Made by a program: the position numbers and the translations under genes. From NCBI GenBank assembly GCA_964387755.1, contig CAYLWR010000022.1:1-28010 (forward strand): a stretch of 28,010 nucleotides of DNA, in the 5' to 3' direction. Below the pieces are notes generated by a model. The model was not told the DNA's origin and ran no database searches. It saw nothing but the letters and a program-made list of their open reading frames with translations. The DNA comes from an uncultured Candidatus Saccharibacteria bacterium (GTDB lineage Bacteria; Patescibacteriota; Minisyncoccia; Phycocordibacterales; UBA9973). Positions 1 to 9,332 of this stretch are shown here, one piece after another. Position 1 is the first letter of the stretch. Every line of letters begins with the position of its first letter.

Positions 1-2556
1 TTCTTCGGGAAGTACGACTGAGATGACACCCTTGTTTCCGTGTCGTCCTGAGAGCTTGTCTCCAACTGAGATATTTCGAAGCTGCGCAACCTCAACAACG
101 ATTTTCTTGAGGACACCGCTTTCGAGCGTGTCGCCATTTTCACGAGAGAATACCTTCACACGGATCACGCGTCCGCGCTTGCCGTGATCCATTTTGAGTG
201 AGGTGTCTTTTTCATAGCGCGCCTTTTCCGCAAAGATACTTCGAAGGAGTCGCTCTTCTGGGGTAAGTTCAGTCTCACCCTTTGGAGTGATCTTTCCGAC
301 AATAATGTCGCCTTCTTTTACTTCTGCACCAACACGGATGATGCCTTCTTCATCAAGGTCCTTGAGTCTCGCTTCACCGACGTTCGGGATGTCACGGGTA
401 GTGATTTCTGGTCCGAGCTTGGTATCGCGCACTACTGAGGTGAACTCAGCGATATACATTGAGGTGAACTTTGAATCTTTGATGAGTCGTTCTGAGAGAA
501 TGATCGCGTCTTCGAAGTTTGCACCGTTCCATGACATGAATGCAACGCGCATGTTATGCCCGAGCGCAATCTGCCCATGATCAGTAGTAGAAGTGTCTGC
601 AAGGAGATCTCCCTTCTTCACCTTTTGTCCAACAGAGACAACTGGTCGCTGGTGAAATGCATTGAAGGCGTTAGTACGAGTGAAGTTGACGAGGGTATAG
701 GTGTGATCCTTACCAGTTTTGTCATTCTTGATCGTTACTTTCTTTGCATCAACGGCTACTACTTCACCTGCTTCTTCTGCGAGGACGAGACGACCTGAGT
801 ATGGCGCAGCAGATTCTTCCATGCCAGTTGCCACAAGCGGCGCTTCTGGACGAATGAGTGGTACTGCTTGTTTCTGCATGTTACTTCCCATGAGTGCACG
901 GTTCGCATCGTTGTGTTCGAGGAATGGCACCATGTTGGTCGCAACTGAGAACGCTTGGTTTGATGCAACATCAATGAAGTCCACCTCTTTTTTGTCGACG
1001 ATACCAGGAGCGGTCCGGATACGAGCTTCTACTCGATCAGGGAGCGTACCCTTATCATCCTGACGCATACCTGCGTGCGCAATGATGTAGTTCTTTTCTT
1101 CAGCAGCGTTCAGATAGACGATTTCGTCAGTGATCTTGCCACCCTTAACACGCGCATATGGAGTCTCGATGATACCGAATTCATTGATACGTGCGTAGAT
1201 CGCCAGACGAAGGATGAGACCAATGTTCGGACCTTCTGGAGTGTGGATCGGACACACACGACCATAGTGAGAGGTGTGTACGTCACGTACTTCGAGCGTT
1301 GCGCGCTCACGAGTCAGTCCCCCCGGTCCGAGTGCAGATACGGTGCGAAGCTCTTCGATTTCTGAGAGGATGTTGTCCTGTTGCATGAACTGTGAGAGCT
1401 GGTTGGTGGTAAAGAATTCCTTGATACGAGCCTGCAGCGGTCGCTGGTTTACGACCTGGATCGGAAGCGCGTTTGACGCATCGATCGTACTCATACGATC
1501 TTGTACGTTACGCTTGATCTGGGTGAATCCCATGTAGATCTTCGCTTGGAGCATTTCTCCAACGAAACGCACCCGTCGAGATGCGAGGTCATCGATATCA
1601 TCTGCAGTTGAGCCAGGAGTTGTATTGAGCGTGATGATGTGACTGATGATCACTGCGAGATCTTCTGCAGAGAGCGTCTTGCGATTCATTTCCTTGTCAC
1701 TCATGTCCATATCGAAGCGCTTGTTGAAGCGGAATCGACCAACCTGTGAGAGATCGTAGCGCTCTTCACTAAAGAGTGTTTGCACGAATTCGCGCGCGTT
1801 GTCGACGTTTGCAAGGTCACCATCACGAAGCTTGCGGTAGATCTCAACAAATGCTGAAGACTGATCCTTGACTGCGTCCTTTTCGATGGCAGCCTTGATG
1901 ATAGCTTGTGCAGTTTCGCCTTTGAAAAGCTTCACAATCATTGCATCCTCAGTGAGTCCGAGTGCACGCAAGAGTGTGATCACTGAGAACTTCTTTTTCT
2001 TGTCGATACGAACAAATACTTCGCCTGATGGATCACTTTCGATTTCGATCCATACACCACGGTTTGGAATTATCTTCGCGCCAAAGTATCGCTTGCCTTT
2101 GATTTCAAGTTCAGTAAAGAAGACACCACTCGAACGTGAGAGTTGCGGGATGATAGATCGTTCAACACCATTGATGATGAAGGTGCCGTGCGGCGTCATC
2201 ACCGGAATATCAGAAAGGAAAATTTCCTGCTCCTTTTCAGAACCAGTTTGCTTGTTGGTGAGTTTGATCCGAGCCTTGAGGCTGGTTTCAAGTGAGAGTT
2301 TATTTTCTTTTGCGTAGTGTTCGTCGTAGGTTGGCGGCGTCAAATGAAATGACACGAGATCGAGCTGGAACTTCTTGCCAGAGTAGTCCTGGATCGGCGT
2401 GAATTCTTTAAAGACTTCTTTGAGACCTTTTTCCAGGAGTACGTTGTATGAATCTATCTGATGTTGAATGAGGTTAGGAAATTCGACCAGTGGCTGTTTG
2501 TATTTTGAGAAATACTTTTTTGGACGGGGACCAGTGTGTGTTTTGGATTTGGACAT
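1..2556 (-). CDS. rpoB: DNA-directed RNA polymerase beta subunit (3'-partial, runs off the window start)
   Basis: Absent from the ORF track because it has no stop in the window. Manual translation from ATG 2556 gives MSKSKTHTGPRPKKYFSKY...GTFIINGVERSIIPQLSRSSGVFF, and the same frame reaches GDKLSGRHGNKGVISVVLPEE at positions ~80-1. Both ends are in one frame (852 codons). Confidence 0.98.
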   Translation of the reverse strand, partial: MSKSKTHTGPRPKKYFSKYKQPLVEFPNLIQHQIDSYNVLLEKGLKEVFKEFTPIQDYSGKKFQLDLVSFHLTPPTYDEHYAKENKLSLETSLKARIKLTNKQTGSEKEQEIFLSDIPVMTPHGTFIINGVERSIIPQLSRSSGVFFTELEIKGKRYFGAKIIPNRGVWIEIESDPSGEVFVRIDKKKKFSVITLLRALGLTEDAMIVKLFKGETAQAIIKAAIEKDAVKDQSSAFVEIYRKLRDGDLANVDNAREFVQTLFSEERYDLSQVGRFRFNKRFDMDMSDKEMNRKTLSAEDLAVIISHIITLNTTPGSTADDIDDLASRRVRFVGEMLQAKIYMGFTQIKRNVQDRMSTIDASNALPIQVVNQRPLQARIKEFFTTNQLSQFMQQDNILSEIEELRTVSALGPGGLTRERATLEVRDVHTSHYGRVCPIHTPEGPNIGLILRLAIYARINEFGIIETPYARVKGGKITDEIVYLNAAEEKNYIIAHAGMRQDDKGTLPDRVEARIRTAPGIVDKKEVDFIDVASNQAFSVATNMVPFLEHNDANRALMGSNMQKQAVPLIRPEAPLVATGMEESAAPYSGRLVLAEEAGEVVAVDAKKVTIKNDKTGKDHTYTLVNFTRTNAFNAFHQRPVVSVGQKVKKGDLLADTSTTDHGQIALGHNMRVAFMSWNGANFEDAIILSERLIKDSKFTSMYIAEFTSVVRDTKLGPEITTRDIPNVGEARLKDLDEEGIIRVGAEVKEGDIIVGKITPKGETELTPEERLLRSIFAEKARYEKDTSLKMDHGKRGRVIRVKVFSRENGDTLESGVLKKIVVEVAQLRNISVGDKLSGRHGNKGVISVVLPEE

Positions 2557-2568
2557 ATATAAAGACGC

Positions 2569-2595
2569 AAAAATGCCGGCCGCATAAGCGGTGGC
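2569..2595 (-). promoter_or_regulatory. Hairpin plus U-tract in the rpoB 5' leader (possible attenuator)
   Basis: Minus strand GCCACCGC-TTAT-GCGGCCGGC-ATTTTT, ending 12 nt before the rpoB ATG. Confidence 0.4.
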
Positions 2596-2665
2596 TTACC
2601 TTTCTAAACTCTCCTAATAAAATACAGAATGCAATCGCAACTCTTCCGGAAACTGTAAGGACCAT

Positions 2666-2694
2666 AGTGTAATAAATCTAGGAGAAAATGTCAA
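2666..2694 (-). promoter_or_regulatory. Sigma70 promoter for rpoB
   Basis: TTGACA (2694-2689), 17-nt spacer, TACACT (2671-2666). Confidence 0.75.
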
Positions 2695-2695
2695 T

Positions 2696-2721
2696 AAAAA
2701 AGCCGCTCCCGAAGGAGCGGC
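2696..2721 (-). terminator. Intrinsic terminator for the 2781-3032 gene
   Basis: GCCGCTCC-TTCG-GGAGCGGC followed by T6 on the minus strand. Confidence 0.85.
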
Positions 2722-2780
2722 GGATGTTTATAATCCCCACGATTAAAACAACCTAATCTGTACTTACTGAACCAATATAT

Positions 2781-3032
2781 TTACCAATGCTCCACTTTTC
2801 CCATATATCCACCTGCGTATTTAGTGAAGTCAACAACTTTTCCTAAACGACCACTTTCTTCAAGCTCACGCTTCATGCGATTATTTTCAAAAGCAATTTC
2901 CGCGTCTTTGTCCAAGAAAGTAATAGTTTTTAGTTCACCTGAGACTCTTATGGGCACATGGAGATCTAATGCTTTCAGAACAGGACGTTTTGCATACGAT
3001 GCAAGCATTGCTATATGTTGTCTGCGTTTCAT
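2781..3032 (-). CDS. Small AT-rich hypothetical protein (83 aa), stand-alone transcription unit
   Basis: ORF fills the trmD-rpoB gap and has its own consensus promoter and terminator. No recognisable domain. Confidence 0.65.
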   Translation of the reverse strand: MKRRQHIAMLASYAKRPVLKALDLHVPIRVSGELKTITFLDKDAEIAFENNRMKRELEESGRLGKVVDFTKYAGGYMGKVEHW

Positions 3033-3069
3033 TTGTAGTAAATTTAGATTTAAAAAATCAATTCAATTT

Positions 3070-3098
3070 ATGATATCATATATAAAATAATTTGTCAA
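3070..3098 (-). promoter_or_regulatory. Sigma70 promoter for the 83-aa ORF
   Basis: TTGACA (3098-3093), 17-nt spacer, TG-A-TATCAT (3075-3070). Confidence 0.7.
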
Positions 3099-3104
3099 TA
3101 TTCC

Positions 3105-3761
3105 CTATTTCTGCTGCTTTTTGCGCCATTCGTCTATTTTCTTGTGGTCGCCTTTGGTGAGGACTTTGGGTACGAGGTACTTTTTACCCTTATATACCAA
3201 TACTTCTGGGCGAGTATAGACTCGAGGACTTGCAATACGTGTTTCCTCGACACTCTCCCCTTTCCCAAGTACTCCCGAGATCTGTCGTGCAATCGCATCA
3301 GTCATCGCAAGTGCGGGAAGCTCCCCACCGGTGAGCGTGTAGGGGCCGATCGAGTATTCGTCGGCCTTGAGGATCTTGCGGACCCGATCATCGACGCCTT
3401 CATATCGACCGCAAATGAACACGATATTTGAGTACTGTTTCGCCATTTTCTTGGCGGTTGCATTATCAAAGAGTTTGCCGCTTGGAGAAAGCTGGATTAC
3501 CTTTACCTTTCCTCCGCCAGCTGGCGGATTCTTCATTTTCAATTTCGAAAAAGCATTGAGTATCGGTTCTGGCGTCATCACCATCCCTGGACCACCCCCA
3601 TACGGACGATCATCAGTTTTGTTGTGACGATCCCTGCTATAGTCTCTGATATTTTTCACCTCAAAAGACACCAGCTTTTTCTCAGCTGCACGCTTGAGCA
3701 TAGACTCGCCAATATACGAGTTGATTATTTCTGGGAAAATCGTGAGGAAATGGAATTTCAT
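3105..3761 (-). CDS. trmD: tRNA (guanine37-N1)-methyltransferase
   Basis: MKFHFLTIFPE start, DDRPYGGGPGMVM, ICGRYEGVDDRV, SIGPYTLTGGELPA. Start moved from 3779 to 3761 to match the family N-terminus. Confidence 0.97.
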   Translation of the reverse strand: MKFHFLTIFPEIINSYIGESMLKRAAEKKLVSFEVKNIRDYSRDRHNKTDDRPYGGGPGMVMTPEPILNAFSKLKMKNPPAGGGKVKVIQLSPSGKLFDNATAKKMAKQYSNIVFICGRYEGVDDRVRKILKADEYSIGPYTLTGGELPALAMTDAIARQISGVLGKGESVEETRIASPRVYTRPEVLVYKGKKYLVPKVLTKGDHKKIDEWRKKQQK

Positions 3762-3767
3762 GCATAC

Positions 3768-3793
3768 AAAAAACCACATTTCTGCGGTTTTTT
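3768..3793 (-). terminator. Terminator-like hairpin after khpA
   Basis: AAAAAACCGC-AGAAAT-GTGGTTTTTT, containing one G-U pair. Confidence 0.55.
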
Positions 3794-3800
3794 CAAGTTA

Positions 3801-4109
3801 TTACAAATCCTTGAGATCTGCCATTGCATCATCGAGGTTTGCAACATCAGGATGCTTGTACCCTGCTGGCTCGTTGATCTTGAGGTTCACCCGAGCATTA
3901 TGCTTCATCCCAACTACTCGCAAAAGTGTACGAATAGCCTTGGCGGTATTGCCAGATCGCCCAATAATCTTGCCCATATCATTTTGATTCACCGAGAGTG
4001 TGAGGAGTACTCCCATTTCGTCCACCGTGCGATCGATGACCACATCATTTGGATTTTCAACAAGTGCTTTTACGGTAAATTCGAGAAATTCTTTGTCAGA
4101 CATATGCAT
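3801..4109 (-). CDS. khpA: KH-domain RNA-binding protein (KhpA/YlqC-like)
   Basis: DMGKIIGRSGNTAKAIRTLL KH GxxG motif, in the usual position after rpsP. Confidence 0.9.
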   Translation of the reverse strand: MHMSDKEFLEFTVKALVENPNDVVIDRTVDEMGVLLTLSVNQNDMGKIIGRSGNTAKAIRTLLRVVGMKHNARVNLKINEPAGYKHPDVANLDDAMADLKDL

Positions 4110-4148
4110 ATATACATGAATCCAGTAATACTTATGATTGTATCATAT

Positions 4149-4212
4149 AAAAACACGTGCTTTTTTCGGTCCTCGGGTCAGTTCACCAGACACTCAAAAA
4201 GCACGTGTTTTT
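4149..4212. repeat. Perfect 17-bp inverted repeat with 30-nt spacer between rpsP and khpA
   Basis: AAAAACACGTGCTTTTT (4149-4165) and AAAAAGCACGTGTTTTT (4196-4212). Confidence 0.85.
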
Positions 4213-4216
4213 ATAT

Positions 4217-4519
4217 TTATTTCTTTGCTTCCTTACGCTTGGTAGTTGGAGCCTTCTTTGAGAGGACGTTCTTTTTCTTGCCTTCCACGATGCCTTCTTT
4301 CACAAGCATATTGTGCGCAGTTGCTGATGGCTGTGCACCCATCTTGATCCAGTGCTGGATACGGTCCTTATCAAATGACACTACATCAGTTTTCACCGTG
4401 TGAGAGCCGAGGATCTCGAGGAATTTACCACTTTGAGCAGCATTTTTACTATCAGTAACAACCAAGCGAAAAGCTGGTTCATTCTTGCGGCCAATGCGTT
4501 GTAGTCTGATCTTTAACAT
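4217..4519 (-). CDS. rpsP: 30S ribosomal protein S16
   Basis: MLKIRLQRIGRKNEPAFRLVVTDSK...GKFLEILGSH...WIKMGAQPS. Confidence 0.98.
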   Translation of the reverse strand: MLKIRLQRIGRKNEPAFRLVVTDSKNAAQSGKFLEILGSHTVKTDVVSFDKDRIQHWIKMGAQPSATAHNMLVKEGIVEGKKKNVLSKKAPTTKRKEAKK

Positions 4520-4585
4520 GTAGGGCAGATAATAGCAGGAACTGTGAGATTATGCAATACAAAGCTCGCATGTTAAAGTGTCACC

Positions 4586-6517
4586 ATGCAAGACGTCTCC
4601 GTCGGCTCTATATATGAGGGCACAATCAACATCTCTACCAAAGGCATTGGCTTTGTGAAGGTCCGCGACCCCAAAATGGCAGTGGAGGTTCCCCGCGAGG
4701 CACTCAACCGCGCATTTCATGGCGACACCGTAAAGGTTGAAATAACGGAGCTCCCAAACGCAGTACATGACAACCCATACGGCAAAGTCCTCGACATCAC
4801 TCGCCGAGCCAAGATCGGGTATTCTGGCACCCTCTCATTTGAACAAGGTGCGCACTGCATCGTGACCAATGATGGCCGCATGTACACTCCGATCACTATT
4901 CCTGGCGAGAAACTTTCTGGTGCCAAACAAGGTGACAAAGTATTTTGTGCGATCACTGACTGGCCAGATCCAATGAGCGCTCCAAGTGGTGAGGTGGTGA
5001 AGGTGCTTGGTAAGCCGCTCGAGAACAATGCCGAAATGCTCTCGCTCGCACTCGAAAAAGGATTTGATAACGAATATCCAGCAGCTGTAGAAGCTGAAGC
5101 AAAGGCGATCAGTGAGCATGGCATCACCGAAGAAGAGAAAAGTAATCGTCGAGACTTCCGCCAGATCACCACATTCACGATCGACCCTGAGGATGCAAAA
5201 GACTTCGATGATGCGATTTCGGTGCAATTTTTGGAAGATGAAAAAATTGAAATCGGAATCCATATTGCCGATGTGTCACATTATGTACAACCTGATACTG
5301 CCTTGGACAAAGAGGCGTATCGCCGTGCAACGAGCGTGTACCTCGTCGATCGTACGATCCCGATGCTCCCTGAGGCGCTCTCGAACGATCTCTGTTCGCT
5401 CAATCCTGATGTCGATCGCCTCACCATGAGTGCAGTATTTATCATTGATAAACATATGAACGTCGTCGACGAATGGTATGGGCGCACGGTCATTCACTCA
5501 CATCAGCGATTTACCTATGAAAATGCTCAAAAGGTACTCGATACCAAAGACGGGCCGTTTTTGAAAGAACTCCAAGCGGCACTTGCGATCGCACAAGATC
5601 TCGAGAAGAAACGATTTGCAGCTGGCGCCATGGTACTCGATACGGTTGAAGTGAAATTCAAACTCGATGAAAACGGCGTACCACTCAGTGCGTATGTAAA
5701 GGAACGCGGACAAACACACCACATGATCGAAGAACTCATGCTGCTCGCGAACCGCAAAGTTGCCGAATTCATCACCAAAGGAGACAAAGATAACAGTCGA
5801 GTATTCGTCTACCGCGTGCACGATGCACCTGATCCAGAGCGTATTGAAGATCTCAAAACATTCCTCAAGCGTATGGGATACAACCTCAAGACAAATGAGG
5901 ATGGCATCATTCCAGCGCGGACCCTCAACGACCTCGTCCAGTCACTCGAAGGCAAACCTGAAAAAGAAACCATTCAAACTGCGATTGTTCGCTCAATGGC
6001 AAAGGCTATCTACAGCACCAAAAACATCGGTCACTACGGACTTGCATTTGAGTTCTATACCCACTTCACGAGTCCGATCCGACGCTATCCTGATACGATC
6101 GTGCATCGCCTCCTTTCGCACTATCTTGCGAACGGTGTTATTCCAAAAGAAATGTGGGAATACTACGATCGTGTATGTTTGCATTCATCACAACGTGAAA
6201 AGGAAGCAGCCGATGCAGAGCGTGCATCCATCAAATACAAGCAGGTTGAATACATGTCGACCCGTGTCGGGCAGATCTTTGACGGGACAATCACCGGCGT
6301 ATCACCGAATGGGATATTTGTGGAAGAAAAAGAAACTCGCTGTGAAGGTATGGTGCGGCTTCGCGATATCGGCAACGATTACTTCGAATATAATGACAAG
6401 GAACTGGCAATCATCGGTCGCAAGACCCGCAAAGAATTTCGCATTGGCGACAAGGTTCGGTTCAAAGTGACGAATGCTGACATCGTGAAGCGATTACTTG
6501 ATTATGCACTGGTGTAG
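4586..6517 (+). CDS. rnr: Ribonuclease R (RNB family)
   Basis: Cold-shock OB folds, TIDPEDAKDFDDA catalytic motif, YTHFTSPIRRYPD, C-terminal S1 domain. The RNase R versus RNase II call is by overall resemblance. Confidence 0.92.
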   Translation: MQDVSVGSIYEGTINISTKGIGFVKVRDPKMAVEVPREALNRAFHGDTVKVEITELPNAVHDNPYGKVLDITRRAKIGYSGTLSFEQGAHCIVTNDGRMYTPITIPGEKLSGAKQGDKVFCAITDWPDPMSAPSGEVVKVLGKPLENNAEMLSLALEKGFDNEYPAAVEAEAKAISEHGITEEEKSNRRDFRQITTFTIDPEDAKDFDDAISVQFLEDEKIEIGIHIADVSHYVQPDTALDKEAYRRATSVYLVDRTIPMLPEALSNDLCSLNPDVDRLTMSAVFIIDKHMNVVDEWYGRTVIHSHQRFTYENAQKVLDTKDGPFLKELQAALAIAQDLEKKRFAAGAMVLDTVEVKFKLDENGVPLSAYVKERGQTHHMIEELMLLANRKVAEFITKGDKDNSRVFVYRVHDAPDPERIEDLKTFLKRMGYNLKTNEDGIIPARTLNDLVQSLEGKPEKETIQTAIVRSMAKAIYSTKNIGHYGLAFEFYTHFTSPIRRYPDTIVHRLLSHYLANGVIPKEMWEYYDRVCLHSSQREKEAADAERASIKYKQVEYMSTRVGQIFDGTITGVSPNGIFVEEKETRCEGMVRLRDIGNDYFEYNDKELAIIGRKTRKEFRIGDKVRFKVTNADIVKRLLDYALV

Positions 6518-6518
6518 T

Positions 6519-7541
6519 ATGCGACGCGCGTTTCTCTTTATTTCTAGTATTATCATTATTGGTTTGGTGATCTGTGTGGGAGATGTCCTCTGGGCAGAAG
6601 CGCCGACAAGCATGTTCGTGCCGCACACCGAGCGTACTGATGCGCTCACGATCGGATGGGTTGGTGATATGGTACCGAGCGAAGACGCGCTCTACAACGC
6701 GCGAGTGTTCGATAGCGTAGCTCCTGCGCTCCAGAAACCAGACCTCATGATTGGTAACCTCGAGGGTACCTTTGCACTTCCCGATCGCGTTACCAAATGC
6801 ATCTACATCACAACCATGTGTCACGCATTTGCAGGTGATCCATCATTTGCAGAGAGTCTCAAAAGTGCAGGATTTGACTTTGTCTCACTCGTGAACAACC
6901 ACTCATACGACTTTGGAAAAGAAGGACTTCTCGATACACAGGCAGTGCTCGATGCCGCTGGTATTCCCTACATTTCTCCTACTCAGCCTGCTACGAGTAT
7001 CACGATCAGGAATAAAAAAATCGGCATACTCGGACTCTCAAGTACTGAGCCTGCAAGCACGATCACCGACTACGACTTCATTACAAAGAATGTGGCAAAA
7101 CTCAAACAAGAAAATGACTTTGCCATTGTCATATTCCATGGCGGCGCAGAAGGTTCTGACAAAACACAGGTTCCTGGTACGACTGAATACATGGGAAGTG
7201 AGAACCGCGGCAACGTCGAACTCGTCGCCCACACTGCAATAGATGCAGGTGCTGACCTAGTGCTTGGTGCAGGACCGCATGTACTTCGCAAGATCGAAGT
7301 CTATAAAACAAAACCAATCGCATACTCACTCGGTAACTTCGTCGGCGGCACACACCTTGTCACAAGTGGCATACTCGGTACAAGTGCAATAGTTACTGCG
7401 GCACTCAGCGTAAACAGTCCAACAACTTTTGATATTACGTCTGTGATTCTTTCTGGGGACGGAGTACCTACCGTAGACTATTTTGAACGAGCTCGAGGAC
7501 TCATCGATGAGCTTTCGCGTGGATTGCCGGCCAGTCAGTAG
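6519..7541 (+). CDS. CapA-family (poly-gamma-glutamate synthesis-like) metallophosphoesterase with N-terminal anchor
   Basis: VGD, GNLEG, SLVNNHSYDFG, FHGG, GPHV and YSLGNF motifs. Hydrophobic N-terminus. The ATG lies 1 nt after the rnr stop. Confidence 0.88.
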   Translation: MRRAFLFISSIIIIGLVICVGDVLWAEAPTSMFVPHTERTDALTIGWVGDMVPSEDALYNARVFDSVAPALQKPDLMIGNLEGTFALPDRVTKCIYITTMCHAFAGDPSFAESLKSAGFDFVSLVNNHSYDFGKEGLLDTQAVLDAAGIPYISPTQPATSITIRNKKIGILGLSSTEPASTITDYDFITKNVAKLKQENDFAIVIFHGGAEGSDKTQVPGTTEYMGSENRGNVELVAHTAIDAGADLVLGAGPHVLRKIEVYKTKPIAYSLGNFVGGTHLVTSGILGTSAIVTAALSVNSPTTFDITSVILSGDGVPTVDYFERARGLIDELSRGLPASQ

Positions 7542-7567
7542 TGTGCTATCATTACATCGTTTCATCT

Positions 7568-7786
7568 ATGGCATACACGCTGCATCTTATTCAGATTATT
7601 TCAGGCATCGCTCTCATTGCGCTCGTACTCATCCAGCGCACACAGGGCGATATGGGCTCAACGTTCGGAGGCGACAATCTCTCATTTTTCCAGACTCGCC
7701 GCGGTGCTGAACGCTTTTTGTTCGTGCTCACAATCATCTGCGCAGTGGTATTTGCAGGAGCAAGTCTTGCAGTAATCGTACTCTAA
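7568..7786 (+). CDS. secG: Preprotein translocase subunit SecG
   Basis: Two TM helices flanking LIQRTQGDMGSTFGG and TRRGAERFL. Confidence 0.92.
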   Translation: MAYTLHLIQIISGIALIALVLIQRTQGDMGSTFGGDNLSFFQTRRGAERFLFVLTIICAVVFAGASLAVIVL

Positions 7787-7821
7787 CGAGTGGTACGTGA
7801 TGCTTCTTGGTGGACGTCAGT

Positions 7822-9327
7822 ATGACGACATTTTTTTCTTATCTCACACAACACAAGCTTCCAACAAAAGCAACGCTTCGAACACTTCTCACGCCACCAC
7901 TCACGTGGTATGGAGTCGTGTTGTATACACTCATCATCGGGATCGTTGTGGTTGCCTATATTGCACTCGCGCAACTCAATAGCAACTTCCTCGTTACAGT
8001 TCCTACAAAAGGTGGCACGCTCACCGAAGGGGTGATCGGTGCGCCGAGCTTTATCAACCCAGCACTTGCATCAACTGAAACTGATCTTGGACTTACACAA
8101 CTCTTGTATAGCGGACTATTTCGAAAGAGTGACGATGGAGTCGTCGTCGACCTTGCAAAGGACTACAGCATTTCTCCAGACGGGAGAACATACACCATCA
8201 CGCTCAAGGATAACCTCCTGTGGAGTGACAAGAAACCATTAACCACGGGCGATGTCGCATTCACTATTGCAACACTTGCAAGTCCTCGTAGTACTACCAG
8301 CAGCTATTGGCAAGGTGTCGCTACAGAGCGAGTAAGCGATACCAGCATCAGGTTCATACTTCCAGAACCTCGTTCTGATTTTCTAAGCGCACTCACTGTA
8401 GGTATCATGCCGTCACATGTGTGGACTAGTGGTGATATCGGAACAAATCCTGCAAACCTTCACCCAGTCGGAAGTGGGCCATATATGGTGCATACACTAA
8501 CCTATACCGGGGATGTACCGAGTAGTATTGAACTCGTAACAAATCCTCACTATAGTGGAACGCATCCATACATCAGCACCTACAAAGAAATATTTTTTGC
8601 AAACCAGACAGAACTTCTGCGCGGGATAGAAAGCGGGTCCATTGATATGACATTTTCTGCAACACCTGCGACTGCTGCAGTTACTTCATCTAACATGACG
8701 ATCCAAAAAGTCGCGAGTCCGTATACGATCGCACTCTTTCATCACACTGGAGAATCCATTCTTGCCAATGCAAAACTTGTACAAGTACTCAACAATGCGA
8801 TTGACAAAAATTTAATTCTTGATACAGTTGAAAGCGGTTACGGAATACTTCCAAGTACTCCTACGAACACACTCGATACATCTCCCGCCGATGTCATACA
8901 GGAACTCCAAAGTCTGGGGTACACCTCAAGAGACGGCTTTCTCGAAAAAAATGGCGCTCCTGTTGGATTTGCAATCGCCGTTGAGAACGATCCGCTATCA
9001 CTGCGTGCTGCACAAACATTGGCACACGAACTCTCGGCATTTGGGATGATAGTACCGGTCAAAGGATTCGATCATGGAACATTCCAAGATCGGCTCCGCG
9101 CTGGAGAATTTCAAGTGTTTCTTGCGAGCGAGCATGATACAAATATTCCGAGTTCCTATGAGCCCGTACTCACGCTCTACAAGAAAGTCTATCCTTTTAT
9201 AACCACAACACCGCTTCGTATCCCAGAAACACTTACCTCTCCACTACAGCGATACCAGTATCTCTCAGAATGGGCAGTCAGACACGATAGAATATGGAGC
9301 TTTATATACAACAGTATGAACAAATAA
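7822..9327 (+). CDS. ABC transporter substrate-binding protein, family 5 (peptide/nickel), membrane-anchored
   Basis: GGTLTEGVIGAPSFINP, DLAKDYSISPDGRTYTITLK, WSDKKPLTTGDVAFT, PVGSGPY. No permease or ATPase is adjacent. The start is 7822 (ATG) or 7807 (GTG). Confidence 0.88.
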   Translation: MTTFFSYLTQHKLPTKATLRTLLTPPLTWYGVVLYTLIIGIVVVAYIALAQLNSNFLVTVPTKGGTLTEGVIGAPSFINPALASTETDLGLTQLLYSGLFRKSDDGVVVDLAKDYSISPDGRTYTITLKDNLLWSDKKPLTTGDVAFTIATLASPRSTTSSYWQGVATERVSDTSIRFILPEPRSDFLSALTVGIMPSHVWTSGDIGTNPANLHPVGSGPYMVHTLTYTGDVPSSIELVTNPHYSGTHPYISTYKEIFFANQTELLRGIESGSIDMTFSATPATAAVTSSNMTIQKVASPYTIALFHHTGESILANAKLVQVLNNAIDKNLILDTVESGYGILPSTPTNTLDTSPADVIQELQSLGYTSRDGFLEKNGAPVGFAIAVENDPLSLRAAQTLAHELSAFGMIVPVKGFDHGTFQDRLRAGEFQVFLASEHDTNIPSSYEPVLTLYKKVYPFITTTPLRIPETLTSPLQRYQYLSEWAVRHDRIWSFIYNSMNK

Positions 9328-9332
9328 CAATT

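Noticed and set aside
287-2317. Plus-strand ORFs (287-580, 556-798, 719-1063, 1075-1365, 1274-1537, 1868-2317) and short minus-strand ORFs in this span
   Set aside because: They are antisense or off-frame shadows of rpoB.
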